Shown one piece after another: positions 12,162 through 24,154 of a DNA stretch of 64,000 nt (its first letter is position 1; each line of letters begins with the position of its first letter). The stretch comes from Octopus bimaculoides. Its lineage: Eukaryota. Location of the stretch: the NCBI RefSeq assembly GCF_001194135.2, contig NC_068981.1:86288016-86352015 (forward strand), in the 5' to 3' direction. The notes beneath the pieces are model-generated. The model was not told where the DNA came from, searched no databases, and saw only the letters and a program-made list of their open reading frames with translations. The translations under genes were made by a program, and so were the position numbers.

Positions 12162-12276
12162 GTAATGCTGGACTAACAAATAGATTAAAATGAAAGTACA
12201 CAAAAATATAGAAAATCGAGGTTTGAAATGCTGATGGTGTTTTGGTTTGAATTCCGTTTCCTTTTGCACCGCCCAT
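12162..12276 (-). CDS. Candidate first coding exon of an unidentified minus-strand gene (MGGAKGNG...FNLFVSPAL)
   Basis: Long pyrimidine tract ending ctgtAG (acceptor 12310-12309) precedes the exon. ATG at 12276, hydrophobic stretch IFYIFVYFHFNLFV, weak donor TAC|GTATAT (phase 1). No homology recognised. Confidence 0.25.
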
Positions 12277-12499
12277 CGTTCATACGACAACCGGATATCC
12301 GTCCAACTCTACAGAGAGTAAGAATGGGTGAGAATAAGGGAAGGGAAAGGAAGAAAGACAAAAGCAGAGAGAGGGGGCAGTAAAGAGAGGATGATAATAC
12401 CAAAGAGGGAGAATGAGACAATACGAGAGGGTGTGAAAGAGAGAGAGTAAGAGGAGAGCGTAGTGACATCACATGTAATCAACAAAACCAAATATCCTG

Positions 12500-13383
12500 A
12501 CATGTCGTGGCTACCTTCAACGCTGTCATGTTTCTCGCCTGTCGGGAGCTATTGTTGCTTCCACTGGTCTTAATGTTTACTTCTATTCAAAATCTCATTA
12601 TAGAATCCTTTTTTTTTTTAAAGTAGTTCACTGTATTTGTGTATGCTTCATCTCTTAGCCTGTATAGATATACTTCTGTAATTGTATTTCTAATCCGCGC
12701 TCTCTCCATATTATAATTTCAACCCTGGACACTCTGACCACAACGCTGCTGTGATTTCACAAATCATTATCTTTACCTCATTAATACAACAAACTCATTT
12801 CTGCAGCATATTCAATCAATTTTGTAGAAGTTCTCATACAATCACTAACACATTCAAAGTATTACAAAACACATCAGTTTATATAACGAGTGAAAAAGAT
12901 ACTGCTTATGTTACTCTATATATTTTACACGTTCAGTTCAGCTGGTTGACATTTCTTTTATTTCATGGAATTAATACCATTGTATACCTATTAAAATGGT
13001 GGAAATATAATTATTACGGTAAGTTTGGTGAATGTTATAAAATATATTGTGCTTTATTATATAAATATATAAGAAAAAGAACCTGGAAGCTGACATCCAC
13101 TTTAAGAGGTATTTATATCCTTGAAATAATATATAAGTAGCTGAAGCTTCTTGACCGTGTGTTTCTAATTATTTGAACAGGCAGAAAGATGATTGAAAAT
13201 CCTTGTGCTTCTAATAATTATATTTTACTTTTGTGTATTGAGTGCTTTTCTGGTCCGTTTGTAAACAAACGTTCACCACCAACCCAGTGTGTGTATCTAT
13301 CTATCTATCCATCCATATCTATCTATGTATCTATCTATCTATCCATCTCTATGTATCTATCTATCTATCTATCCATCTCTATG

Positions 13384-13415
<32 letters not shown>

Positions 13416-14400
13416 CATCTCTATGTATCTATCTATCTATCCATCTCTATGTATCTATCTATCTATGTATCTATCTATCTATCTATCCATCTCTATGTAT
13501 CTATCTATCTATCTATCTATCTATCCATCTCTATGTATCTATCTATCTATCTATCTATCTATCCATCTCTATGTATCTATCTATCTATCTATCTAAAATT
13601 GTGTTATGTTTATGCGAGTGGTCAATGTCTGAATTATGTATATTTGTTAATATAACGTGTGTGTGTATATATGTATGTGTATAGCTTTTTTGCTGTTTTT
13701 TTTAAAGTGTGTTGAACACTTTTTGTGTGATAAGTTTCTTAAAAATATGTTGCATGCCTTTCACATAAAATGTGACTTAATAGTTTTTGCTTGCCACAAT
13801 ATTTAGTTGTTTTCTTTTGGAATAATAGGATATTGCAAAAACAGAATAAGTCTTTCACTAAAATGTTTGCAGATTTTCGTTTATGTATGGTATTCAAAAT
13901 AAATTTTGTGTGTATTCATGTTTCGGTATTTACTTTACAAGATTATCTTATGTTAACATTCGTTGAAGTTCTTTTAAATTGTCCTTAATTACTTTTGGTA
14001 ACTAGGATATTTCGGCGGAGGTCAAGAATACGCGATCTGACATGTTAACAGTTAGTTTGGGGTTATTTAACCCTTAGCTAACGCAGCTCGGTATTCAGGC
14101 CTCTGTGTTGAGTATTTCACCCGTGACCATCCTGTTTTTATCTCCGAAGTAGTTTGTCTTAGATTACATTAATTAAAGGTGAAATTTGATATCTCTATAA
14201 GATATGAACAAGATTTGGCTGCTATTTATAACGGTTCAGGTGAATAGGTAGAGGCCTCCTCGTAGGCTCGTGCACTTTTGAGTTGTGAAGACATCCTTAT
14301 AAAAATGTAAAGCACGAAAAATAATCGTAAATAATAAAGAATTTTAAAAAATTGATGGCAGTTGATTGTAATGTTGAAAAGAAAAGCGAGTAACTGAGAT
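12500..14400. promoter_or_regulatory. Putative promoter region at the edge of the CpG-retaining domain (possible DOP1 TSS, possibly bidirectional)
   Basis: Unique CpG-containing sequence (e.g. ttcggcggaggtcaagaatacgcgatc at ~14010). CpG becomes scarce downstream of ~15 kb. Position inferred; no TSS evidence. Confidence 0.3.
13294..13594. repeat. Compound (TATC)n/GATA microsatellite with recurring ccatctctatg interruptions
   Basis: Directly visible; accounts for the YLSI-repeat ORFs. Confidence 0.95.
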
Positions 14401-15764
14401 TTCGTTTCATATTCTTGATGAAATGAAAGCGTTTGTATTTCCCAATGAATCTATCAGAAATATTTATTGAAAGTTGATGGAATTCTATTGTTAACTTCCC
14501 ATCATTGTAAATTTATGAGTGTTATCAAAACAATATTTCTCTTCACAGTCTCTCTCTCTCTCTCTCTCTCTCTCAATATGGGCGTTTATTAGTTTAACGT
14601 TAGCATATGCTTATCTTAGCAATATTTCAATAACGGCTATGACTAAGAAGCTAATTTTTAGATTTTATTGGTTTACAATGAATACAGACTGTTTTCAGGA
14701 TAATTATATTGTCTCTTGCACCCCTTACTCCGTCAAACACCTTATAAAGATATACACATAGGCATTCGTTACTGCCTGGGAAAGAAACAGAATATATTTT
14801 ATGTAATCTCTGAATCAGAAGGAATGCTAATGATGAGGCTTAAACTTATTAACCCATTTGAATTATGTTATCTTTTAGAAGAATGGTAATGGTACACGTG
14901 TGTGTAGCAGTGGTGTGTGGTTATCATCATAGTGTGTGCACTGAGCTATCTAGTACTCAACCTGACTCTGGTCTAACTATCCCCTCTCCCCAAATAAAAA
15001 TAAAAAGTCTTTTTTTATAAATAACACAGATTGCAAATAGAATTGTCATGCAGAAACTGAGCTTTAGGTTATGCATACATTTAAAAAATAACGGAAGCAC
15101 TAAAATATTTTTCCAAGATGGTATTCCAGCATGGCCACAGTCCAATTCCTGAACCAAGTAAAAAAGAAAAAGAATAATTCACTTGTAATTCCTTGATTAT
15201 ATCACACACTGAGCCTCTTTGCTTCAATTGCATTAGTGCATTTTTTTTATTCTGTAATTTTCATTGATGAAGAAACAGAGGCTACTTTAGTCAAGGAAAT
15301 CATAAAACTGGGTGAGCATTTCAACACAACTTTCCAAGCTAAACTATTCCAGTTGGTTACTATAAACAACAGCTGATAATTGTTACATCAACAGCCCCCA
15401 AACTTCACACTTAATCTTTATATCTGAGTATCTCTGCTGGGTGGTTGGTGTTAGGAAGGGCATCCAGCTGTAAAAACTACCAAAACAGACACACAAGTCT
15501 GATGCATACTCTTGCCCGGTCAGCACCTGTCCAACTATCAACCCATGTCAGTATAGAAGGCAGATGTTAAACGATGATGATGGTGTATCCATATTAAATT
15601 AGAAAACAGATCATACAGCAAGAAAATCACTTTGCTTCAACTTAACTGCAATGACTGGAACAGGTAAAAGAATAAAAAGAAAAGAATGGGTCTCCCCATA
15701 AAAATTAAAAAAACTGAGATGTGCTGGTGGATTGTCACTGACCCCTTCGGTCAGTTGTGATAGT

Positions 15765-16112
15765 TGTTGTTGTTGGCACGACGTCGAGGGTTCCAGTTGA
15801 TCCGATCAACGGAACAGCCTGCTCGTGAAATTAACGTGCAAGTGGCTGAGCACTCCACAGACACGTGTACCCTTAACGTAGTTCTCGGGGATATTCAGCG
15901 TGACACAATGTGACAAGGCTGGCCCTTTGAAAATACAGGTACAACAGAAACAGGAAGAGAAAGTTGTGGTGAAAGGGTACAGCAGGGTTCACCACCATCC
16001 CCTGCCGGAGCCTCATGGAGCTTTAGGTGTTTTCGCTCAATAAACACTCACAACGCCCAGTCTGGAAATCGAAACCGCGATCCTATGACCGCGAGTACGC
16101 TGCCCTAACCAC
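15765..16112 (-). mobile_element. Family-C SINE
   Basis: Reverse complement of 10905-11240, ending in (gtt)n on the plus strand. Confidence 0.85.
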
Positions 16113-17689
16113 AGGATGAATAGAACCCAAAACATAAGTGTGTGTATAGTAAAGGCACAGGGTCTCGTGGTTAGGGCGTTGCATTCACAGTTGCAAGATA
16201 ATGGTTTCATTTCCTAGACTGGCAGTGCATTGTGTTCTTAAGCGAAACACTTCATTTCACATTGCTCCAGTCTACTCAGCTGTAACCCTGCAACAGACAG
16301 GCATCTTATTCAAAGGGGAATGTTGGCCTGCCCAGTTGGATGGCATCATTCAAAAGCTACTACAACACAAAGATGTGCATTGTGACTAGCGGTGTATAAC
16401 AACATCTGGTAGTCTGGTTGATACAGTGCTACATTATTTTTAATCAGCAACAGTTAAAAAGTGACCCAAGGGCTAGGAGTTTGGTGCCTGATACTTTATT
16501 TTGTCACTGTCCCATTTTCTGCTAGTGCCAGGGCATGATGCAACTAGGTGAGCAGTGCTATCTAAAAATTACTACCACAATATAAACAGAATTAGAGCCT
16601 TCATTGTAATCCATGATTATGGTATTGAGTAAGCTTATTTATGGTAGTATGTCCGTCTTTGGTGGATATACAGCACGCCCAGAAACACGTCCCTGGTGTG
16701 TAGTCAATTTATCTAGCTATCTCAGTTATTTACTAATTATTGATTATGAAAACAGTAATAACAGAGAATGCGAAGATGGCTCTGATTAATTTGAATTTTG
16801 TTGTTGCTGTTTAACATCTGATTGAGCAGACCTGTAATCAAAGATGTTCCAACCAATATCATTTTGTCTTGATTTAAAGTGTATAAGGGGCTGCATTTTC
16901 CATTGTATTTTCAAAACATTAAAATATTATGAACTACTTGTTGTTGTTGATTAACCCCCATCTCAACCCAGATTATATAAACCTCTGATCAAAGGTATTC
17001 CATCTGTCTTTCTCTCAGAGAGTTGGATTGGATTTGAGGGTATTTGACTGCTATTTCTAACAGATCGATTGTTCACATAAAAAGCTTCCTCTTCAGCCCG
17101 AGCATTAGGAAAAGATATTTAGTTCCTGTTGTTTTTTTAGCCCTGAGTTGTTGTTTACCCCTCATAAAAGGCATTTCAGTCATGATCATTTTTAGTGGTA
17201 TTTGGCATACCATTATTCAAACTAATGGTTAAAATGGACAGTTCGAGGGAAACTTGGTTAATATTTCTGATATGTTGAGTAATCCTGGTTCATTTTATTA
17301 TAACTGATGTGACTCGTATCCTTTTTAGCTATAGGAAGTTAATATTTGAATTCTGTTCAAGTTTTACATTCAGATTACTTGAATGCTGTTTGCATTTAAA
17401 GTACTCATGAACTTAAATTCAACAAAATGTTGAACATAAACTGTTGTATGCTATAAAATGTAGATGTTAATAGAAAGATATCTTTTACACACTACAATTT
17501 ACAAGGTTTTTTTTCTCTATTTAATATCTTAAATACAAATTACAACTGTTCTTTTTTTATATATGTTTTCCTCTGTTTATGTCAACTGATTTAAAAATAA
17601 CTTTAGATAAACAAGTGTAGGCACAAAGTTTAAATGAAATGTATTTGAGCAAAACCGTATTGGTGTTTTCAATTTTATTAGTTACAGGA

Positions 17690-17972
17690 AAGAGGATAGT
17701 GGTCATAAACTTTATTACTCCTCTTAGTTTAAAGTGTCTGATGTTTTGTTAGAAAATCTGTAGGTCAGCATCTACAGCAAAGACAAGGAAGGCATTCCAG
17801 TTTTCTGTAAGAATGTCTAGAGTGAGATCTGGGAGATGAGATAGAAGTGGAGGTAGGTGGTTTGTGGTTTTCAAGTTTAGAGTAGTAGAGGCTAGTGTAG
17901 TAACAATAGATGGTAGAGAGAAGAAACAGCTTATCTGCGAGTCAGTGTGTGTAATTAAGTTGGTGAGCAGCT

Positions 17973-18029
<57 letters not shown>

Positions 18030-20350
18030 ATATAAAGAAAGTCAGGAGGTATGAGATGAATGCTTATTTCACTAGTAGATATTCATAACACCTCATGAAA
18101 TAATCTTCACTGATTTGATTTACTGGATTTCAACTGCATAGAACTCTACATTACACTCCTATGTGGTTTGTTGCCCGGTCTACCATAGGAGCTTTTTTGT
18201 GATTACCACTGGATTAGATAAATCTATATATTGTGTATTAAATTTGTGTGTGTGCGTATGGCACAATCCTCTTGCTTGCCAGCTCCTGTCAAACCCATGC
18301 CAGCATGGAAAATGGACATTAAATGATGATAGTTTTGTTGTTTTATTGTTGCATGGATCATGTGGGATTTGTTGATGAATTGTCTTTCCTGTCACCGACC
18401 CTCACCTGTTTCCCAGCCAAGGTAATATTTCCCCATGACCAGACAAGTTTTCATAAAAGATTGGAAACAAAAGACACTGCTTGTATGGTGGTGATGTCCA
18501 TTTACATCTATCATGTGAAGTGAAGGCCAGTAGACAGTAAAACATATGGCTTAGTCAGGAAGAAAAACAGTTTCTTTAATTTTTGCAGGTTCTGTATGAT
18601 TGGTGTGACTGATACAGCTAATGTTCATCTTGATTGGGCAGGAAAGGAACTTCTCAGAAGGAGCAGAGACTGTTGTGATAGCAATAGATTAGACAAGGTG
18701 AGGAGACGAGGATGACTGTAGGTTAGAAATTCTATGTTAGCAAGAGGATTATTGCTAATCTGTTAGATAGCCTTCTTTTTGGATGCAGTATAGACAATTG
18801 GTATGTTTTCATAGTATAGTCCCAGATATGGGAGCTGTATAACATTGTGAGTCTTACTAAGCTTTGAAAGAGGTGTCAGCAGCTGATCAAAGTTGAAGAA
18901 TATGTTCTGACCTTAATGAAGCAATTTTTACTATTATATTTGTAGGGTTGTTTGGAAAGTTTGTTTTTGCCCTTTATCCAATCTAAATAACCTTATAGGG
19001 ATGCTTTCTAGGATGTTTGTGTGTGCGTGTGTGTGTGCAAAGCAGCAGCTATTGTTGTATATTGATCATGGGAGAGTGGGGTGCAAGAGTATTACATGGA
19101 GTATTTCTGGGAAAAGATTTTTGTTGCTGTTTAGTCCCAGCTCAGCTGTCATTGTATTTTTCTAAGATGGTGGGTGAGATTTGAAAGTTTAGCTGCTATT
19201 TTTAGCAGTTTGAGTTATAGATGCTACCTTCACTCTCTTAGTGAAAAGTAAAATGTGAGTGTATATTGTTAGAAGTCACTGTGAGAAGATCTTAATTTAC
19301 TGGAGGAAAAGCCTAGGGACATAACTGAACGATGTATGCACGACAGTTGATACAGGATGAGTTGCAGGTATCCCCATCCGAACATTTTGTGATGGATCAG
19401 ACAGGCAGTGCATGAAATAAGGGAGTGATAGTCTATATGCAAGCAACTTTGCCAAGATGTTCTCACGACTGCTCCTGTAATTGATTTTGTTGATTTTTAA
19501 GGGCAAAATTGACTGCTGCTAAGTGGTGTGGTTGAGCAAGTCCCACTCTCACTCTGAAACTGTATATGTAGTTGCTGAAGAGAGAGAGAGAAAGAAACAT
19601 GGTGATAAAGAGGTGGTTGTTTGCAGTGGTTTCCAACACCTTTGATAAGCTGGAAGTGTTGGTTGTTTTCTTCTTGGGAATAAGACTGCAATGTGATTTA
19701 ATATTGTGATAAATCTTCATAGAAAGAAACAGATTGAAGAGGAGTGTAGTGAGGCTTGGAGATAACCTCTAGCACCTAGTTTGAACATAATGGAAAGGAC
19801 ACTCAGCATAATGAATAAACATGAATATTTGCCCACTTTATGATGTGTATGTGTGAAGTTTGAAGCAAATGAAGTGGCTTTATCGGCAGATATATTTACA
19901 AGGCCATCTTTGTTGAGGAGTGGCAGATAGGAGGGAGTTTGTTGGCTGAGTGATATAGTAAAGCATTTTCTGCTTTTCCTGATGGTCCTAGCAATGCTAT
20001 GCATTAAAGCTTCATGTTTTCTTGATGGTCTTCTTGCAGGTGTTTTAGGTAGCACTAATTCAATTGAAAGCATGAGATGAAACTTTCCTTTTGTAATGGA
20101 GGGTGAAATGAAATAGAAAAATATAAAGTGTATGAAAAGCCTGTTGTGATGTTTAGGATACTTCATCGGTTGATATTAGTTAACTGAGCTAAGGGAATGA
20201 GTTTGCTAGGAACAAAGGTTGTGATTGATGCAACAAATAATAAAAATTATATTTGATCATTGAGTTAGAAGTACAGTTCACAAGGACATCTTTGAAGCTC
20301 TTACTTCCTTAAACTGAGAAGCTCATACCTACTGAAACTGACATTAGCAA
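17690..20350 (-). mobile_element. Heavily decayed CR1-group (CR1/L2/Crack-like) LINE, RT region to 3' end, interrupted by repeats
   Basis: Minus-strand fragments LPLLNKDGLVNISADKATSFASNF, SLSKVLETTANNHL...YSFR, ENILAKLLAY and LYSSHIWD resemble CR1-group RT motifs; many stops and frameshifts. Confidence 0.6.
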
Positions 20351-20683
20351 GTTAGAGATTTTTTTCTTGTTTCTTCTTATTTCATAAGGCTTTCTTTGAC
20401 TGTTTATCCTGTAAAATATGCTGTTGTATGTAACTGAAATTTGGAAGATATGGCCTATTCAAACAAGAATATGTAACCAACTGTTGGAGGATGTGAGATT
20501 AGACTTAGAATGTTGAAGTCAAGTACTAAATAACAAAAAATGACAGTAAGTGGAGTCATTTTTGTATAGCAGGCCTGACTATCCCTTGTCAGCATATCAA
20601 ACTGAATCATTAAGATGATTACATTTGAATAAATAAACGTGTAAATGATAGACACATATGACTAGCTGTTGAAACTAATGCTG

Positions 20684-20715
<32 letters not shown>

Positions 20716-20785
20716 NNNNNNNNNNNNNNNNNNNNNNNNNNNNNNNNNNNNNNNNNNNNNNNNNNNNNNNNNNNNNNNNNNNNNN

Positions 20786-20824
<39 letters not shown>

Positions 20825-20951
20825 GGGGTTGAGTTCACTTGTGATCAAAACGAATAGGTACACTAAGTGCTATAATTGGTTGTCCATTCGGTTCCAAGTT
20901 CACAACTGGGGCTGGATCTAGGGATCCACATTAGGGTTCCATTATAGCAGG

Positions 20952-21518
20952 TATATATATTAGAGGAAAAAGCAAGACCCAGGCAGAACAAGTATCTCAA
21001 GTCATTTAGAATAATTTAATTAGGGTAAGGTGAATTTTGAAGTCTTACAACCATTTCTGGGATAACCCAAGTGGTAGGTTAGCATCTCCACACACTGGTT
21101 ATTCCATCATTAGAGACAAGGTATGAATGTTTTAGACGGAAAAATTACAGTTTACAAAGAATAAAATATATTCACAGTTTATAAGGAATAAAATAGAAGA
21201 ATAAAAAGTAAAGGTAGAATACAGGTGGGAGAATAATGTTCACAACTCCTCTTTTTCCAGGGGATATCCATATCCTCTGGATATTCGTTATAAAGTGTGA
21301 ATATATTTTATTCCTTGTAAACTAAATTTTCCCTGTCTAAAATATTCATACCTTGTCTCTGATGATGGAATACCCAGTGCATGGACATGCTAGTCCACCA
21401 CTTGGGTTATCCCATAAATGGCTGTAAGACTTCAAATTCACCTTACCCTAATTAAATTATTCCAAATAACCTGAGATACTCATTCTGCCTCAGTTTTGTT
21501 TTTTCCTATAATATATAT
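20952..21518. mobile_element. TA-flanked fold-back with ~230-bp inverted arms (Penelope-like or MITE remnant)
   Basis: 20952-21184 is the reverse complement of 21288-21518 with moderate divergence. Small central hairpin ccaggggatatccatatcctctgg. Confidence 0.75.
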
Positions 21519-21531
21519 TTATCTATCTATC

Positions 21532-21580
<49 letters not shown>

Positions 21581-23094
21581 NNNNNNNNNNNNNNNNNNNN
21601 NNNNNNNNNNNNNNNNNNNNNNNNNNNNNNNNNNNNNNNNNNNNNNNNNNNNNNNNNNNNNNNNNNNNNNNNNNNNNNNNNNNNNNNNNNNNNNNNNNNN
21701 NNNNNNNNNNNNNNNNNNNNNNNNNNNNNNNNNNNNNNNNNNNNNNNNNNNNNNNNNNNNNNNNNNNNNNNNNNNNNNNNNNNNNNNNNNNNNNNNNNNN
21801 NNNNNNNNNNNNNNNNNNNNNNNNNNNNNNNNNNNNNNNNNNNNNNNNNNNNNNNNNNNNNNNNNNNNNNNNNNNNNNNNNNNNNNNNNNNNNNNNNNNN
21901 NNNNNNNNNNNNNNNNNNNNNNNNNNNNNNNNNNNNNNNNNNNNNNNNNNNNNNNNNNNNNNNNNNNNNNNNNNNNNNNNNNNNNNNNNNNNNNNNNNNN
22001 NNNNNNNNNNNNNNNNNNNNNNNNNNNNNNNNNNNNNNNNNNNNNNNNNNNNNNNNNNNNNNNNNNNNNNNNNNNNNNNNNNNNNNNNNNNNNNNNNNNN
22101 NNNNNNNNNNNNNNNNNNNNNNNNNNNNNNNNNNNNNNNNNNNNNNNNNNNNNNNNNNNNNNNNNNNNNNNNNNNNNNNNNNNNNNNNNNNNNNNNNNNN
22201 NNNNNNNNNNNNNNNNNNNNNNNNNNNNNNNNNNNNNNNNNNNNNNNNNNNNNNNNNNNNNNNNNNNNNNNNNNNNNNNNNNNNNNNNNNNNNNNNNNNN
22301 NNNNNNNNNNNNNNNNNNNNNNNNNNNNNNNNNNNNNNNNNNNNNNNNNNNNNNNNNNNNNNNNNNNNNNNNNNNNNNNNNNNNNNNNNNNNNNNNTATA
22401 TATATATATGTCAGGTACAAGGCCAGCAGTTTTTAAGGATGAGGTTTAAGTTGATACCATCAATCCCACTATTTGACTCTTGCTGTTTTTCATTGATGCT
22501 GAATGAATGAATGAATGAAAGATAAACTCATCTTGGGCAGGACTTGAACTTAGAATGTAAAAAGCCAGAACAAAGTTCTACCAATTCTCTGAGGAGTTCA
22601 CCAGCTCAGCACCCTTTTGTTTAGTATATGTTGCTATGCCTCAATTAGATGCATAACAATATATAAACCTACATCAGAGATCACAAGTTTCCAATGTATA
22701 GTTCCAATGGAAATACTAGGAAACAATCAGCTGTGTGTATTTATTTACTGAAGTATTTAAAGTTCGTTTTCGATTTAAGGATGCAAATGAAATTTTTTTT
22801 TTTTTTTTCCCTAATGTACTATTTGTTTATTGAATACATTAACTTAAATAATGAGTTCACATTGTTGCTAAATTCATATCAGCTGGTGTGCATTGATGCC
22901 GTCGAGAGGTAGGCTCCAAAACGGTGCACATTCTCTCCTGATGACCCCATACACTTGCTGGCTTCCAATATGTGGAGTTCTCAACTGTTAGCACTTGCAT
23001 GTGCAGGTTGTTTGCTAAACATCTTTGTTTTTTAAAAAAATTTTGAAGAATCTTAAAAGTAATGGTTTATATTGATAGCTGTTATTTTATCACT

Positions 23095-23515
23095 GATCAT
23101 CATCATCATCGTTTAACGTCCGCTTTCCATGCTAGCATAGGTTGGACGATTTGACTGAGGACTCGTGCAACCGGATGGCTACACCAGGCTCCAATCTAAT
23201 ATGGCAGAGTTTCTACAGCTGGATGCCCTTCCTAACGCCAACCACTCAGAGAGTGTAGTGGGTGCTTTTACGTGTCACCTGCACGAAAACGGCCACACTC
23301 GAAATGGTGTCTTTTATGTGCCACCCGCACAAGAGCCAGTCCAGGGGCACTGGCAACGATCTCGCTCGAAAACCCTACAAGGCCAGTCAGGCGGTACTGG
23401 CAACGGTCACGCTCAGGATGGTACATCTCATGTGCCACCCGCACAAGAGCCAGTCCAGGGGCCCTGGCAACGATCTCACTTGGCTTGCCGGGTCTTCTCA
23501 CGCACAGCACATTTG
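23095..23515 (-). mobile_element. 3' end/UTR of RTE-type LINE family
   Basis: (cat)n tail then cgtttaacgtccgctttccatgctagc; reverse complement of 28590-28815 plus two copies of the ~62-bp unit. Confidence 0.8.
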
Positions 23516-23934
23516 TCATTCATTAGAAAGTGGCACATATTTACACGAATTTACACTTTTGCATCCACTTCATGGTAATGGTTTACACATAAACAAAAGC
23601 AATTAGCATATTTTTCAATAGCAATTGGGTCATTGCATTGTACAAATGTCACACATATGAATTGTTATTATTCTAGAGCTATTAGATAGCATGGCATTAA
23701 TTGATATCAATTTGGTATAGTTTTCCATTATCACTATTGATAATTGCAAGAAACATTCATGTAATTATGAGTGCTTAAGTTTTTTTTGCATAGTATTTAG
23801 TTAATAATCAAATTGATATTATATACAAAATATTTATTTAACACTAGAAGTTCCGGATACGTTTTTGTTATTTAGAAGGACCAAGGAGTCACTCCTAACC
23901 TCTTAAAATATTTTTTTTTCCATATAATCCTTAA

Positions 23935-24154
23935 TCCTTCAGCATTTAAACTGGTCATATCCGGCCCAAATATGTCGCCTGTTTTATGTTCAAACTGCCC
24001 AGATCAAACTGCCGTCACCCCTATCCTACAATATCATTCTAAATATAGACAATAACATCATCAAGATCTCAAATTTATGAGATGATACATGACTAATTCA
24101 AAACAATATGAATAAATAAGCTTTACATTCAACAGTAATTTGAACACTAAAGGG
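23935..24154 (+). mobile_element. TTAA-specific (piggyBac-like) MITE, family 1
   Basis: TTAA flanks; TIR (c/t)cctt(t/c)agcatt / cactaaaggg. Other copies at 38910-39651, 46648-46839 and 58934-59150. Confidence 0.75.

Noticed and set aside
13189-13684. Three 130-aa YLSI-repeat ORFs
   Set aside because: Translation of the (TATC)n microsatellite.
23165-23606. Overlapping 83-137-aa ORFs
   Set aside because: GC-rich RTE 3' UTR repeats stay open by composition.
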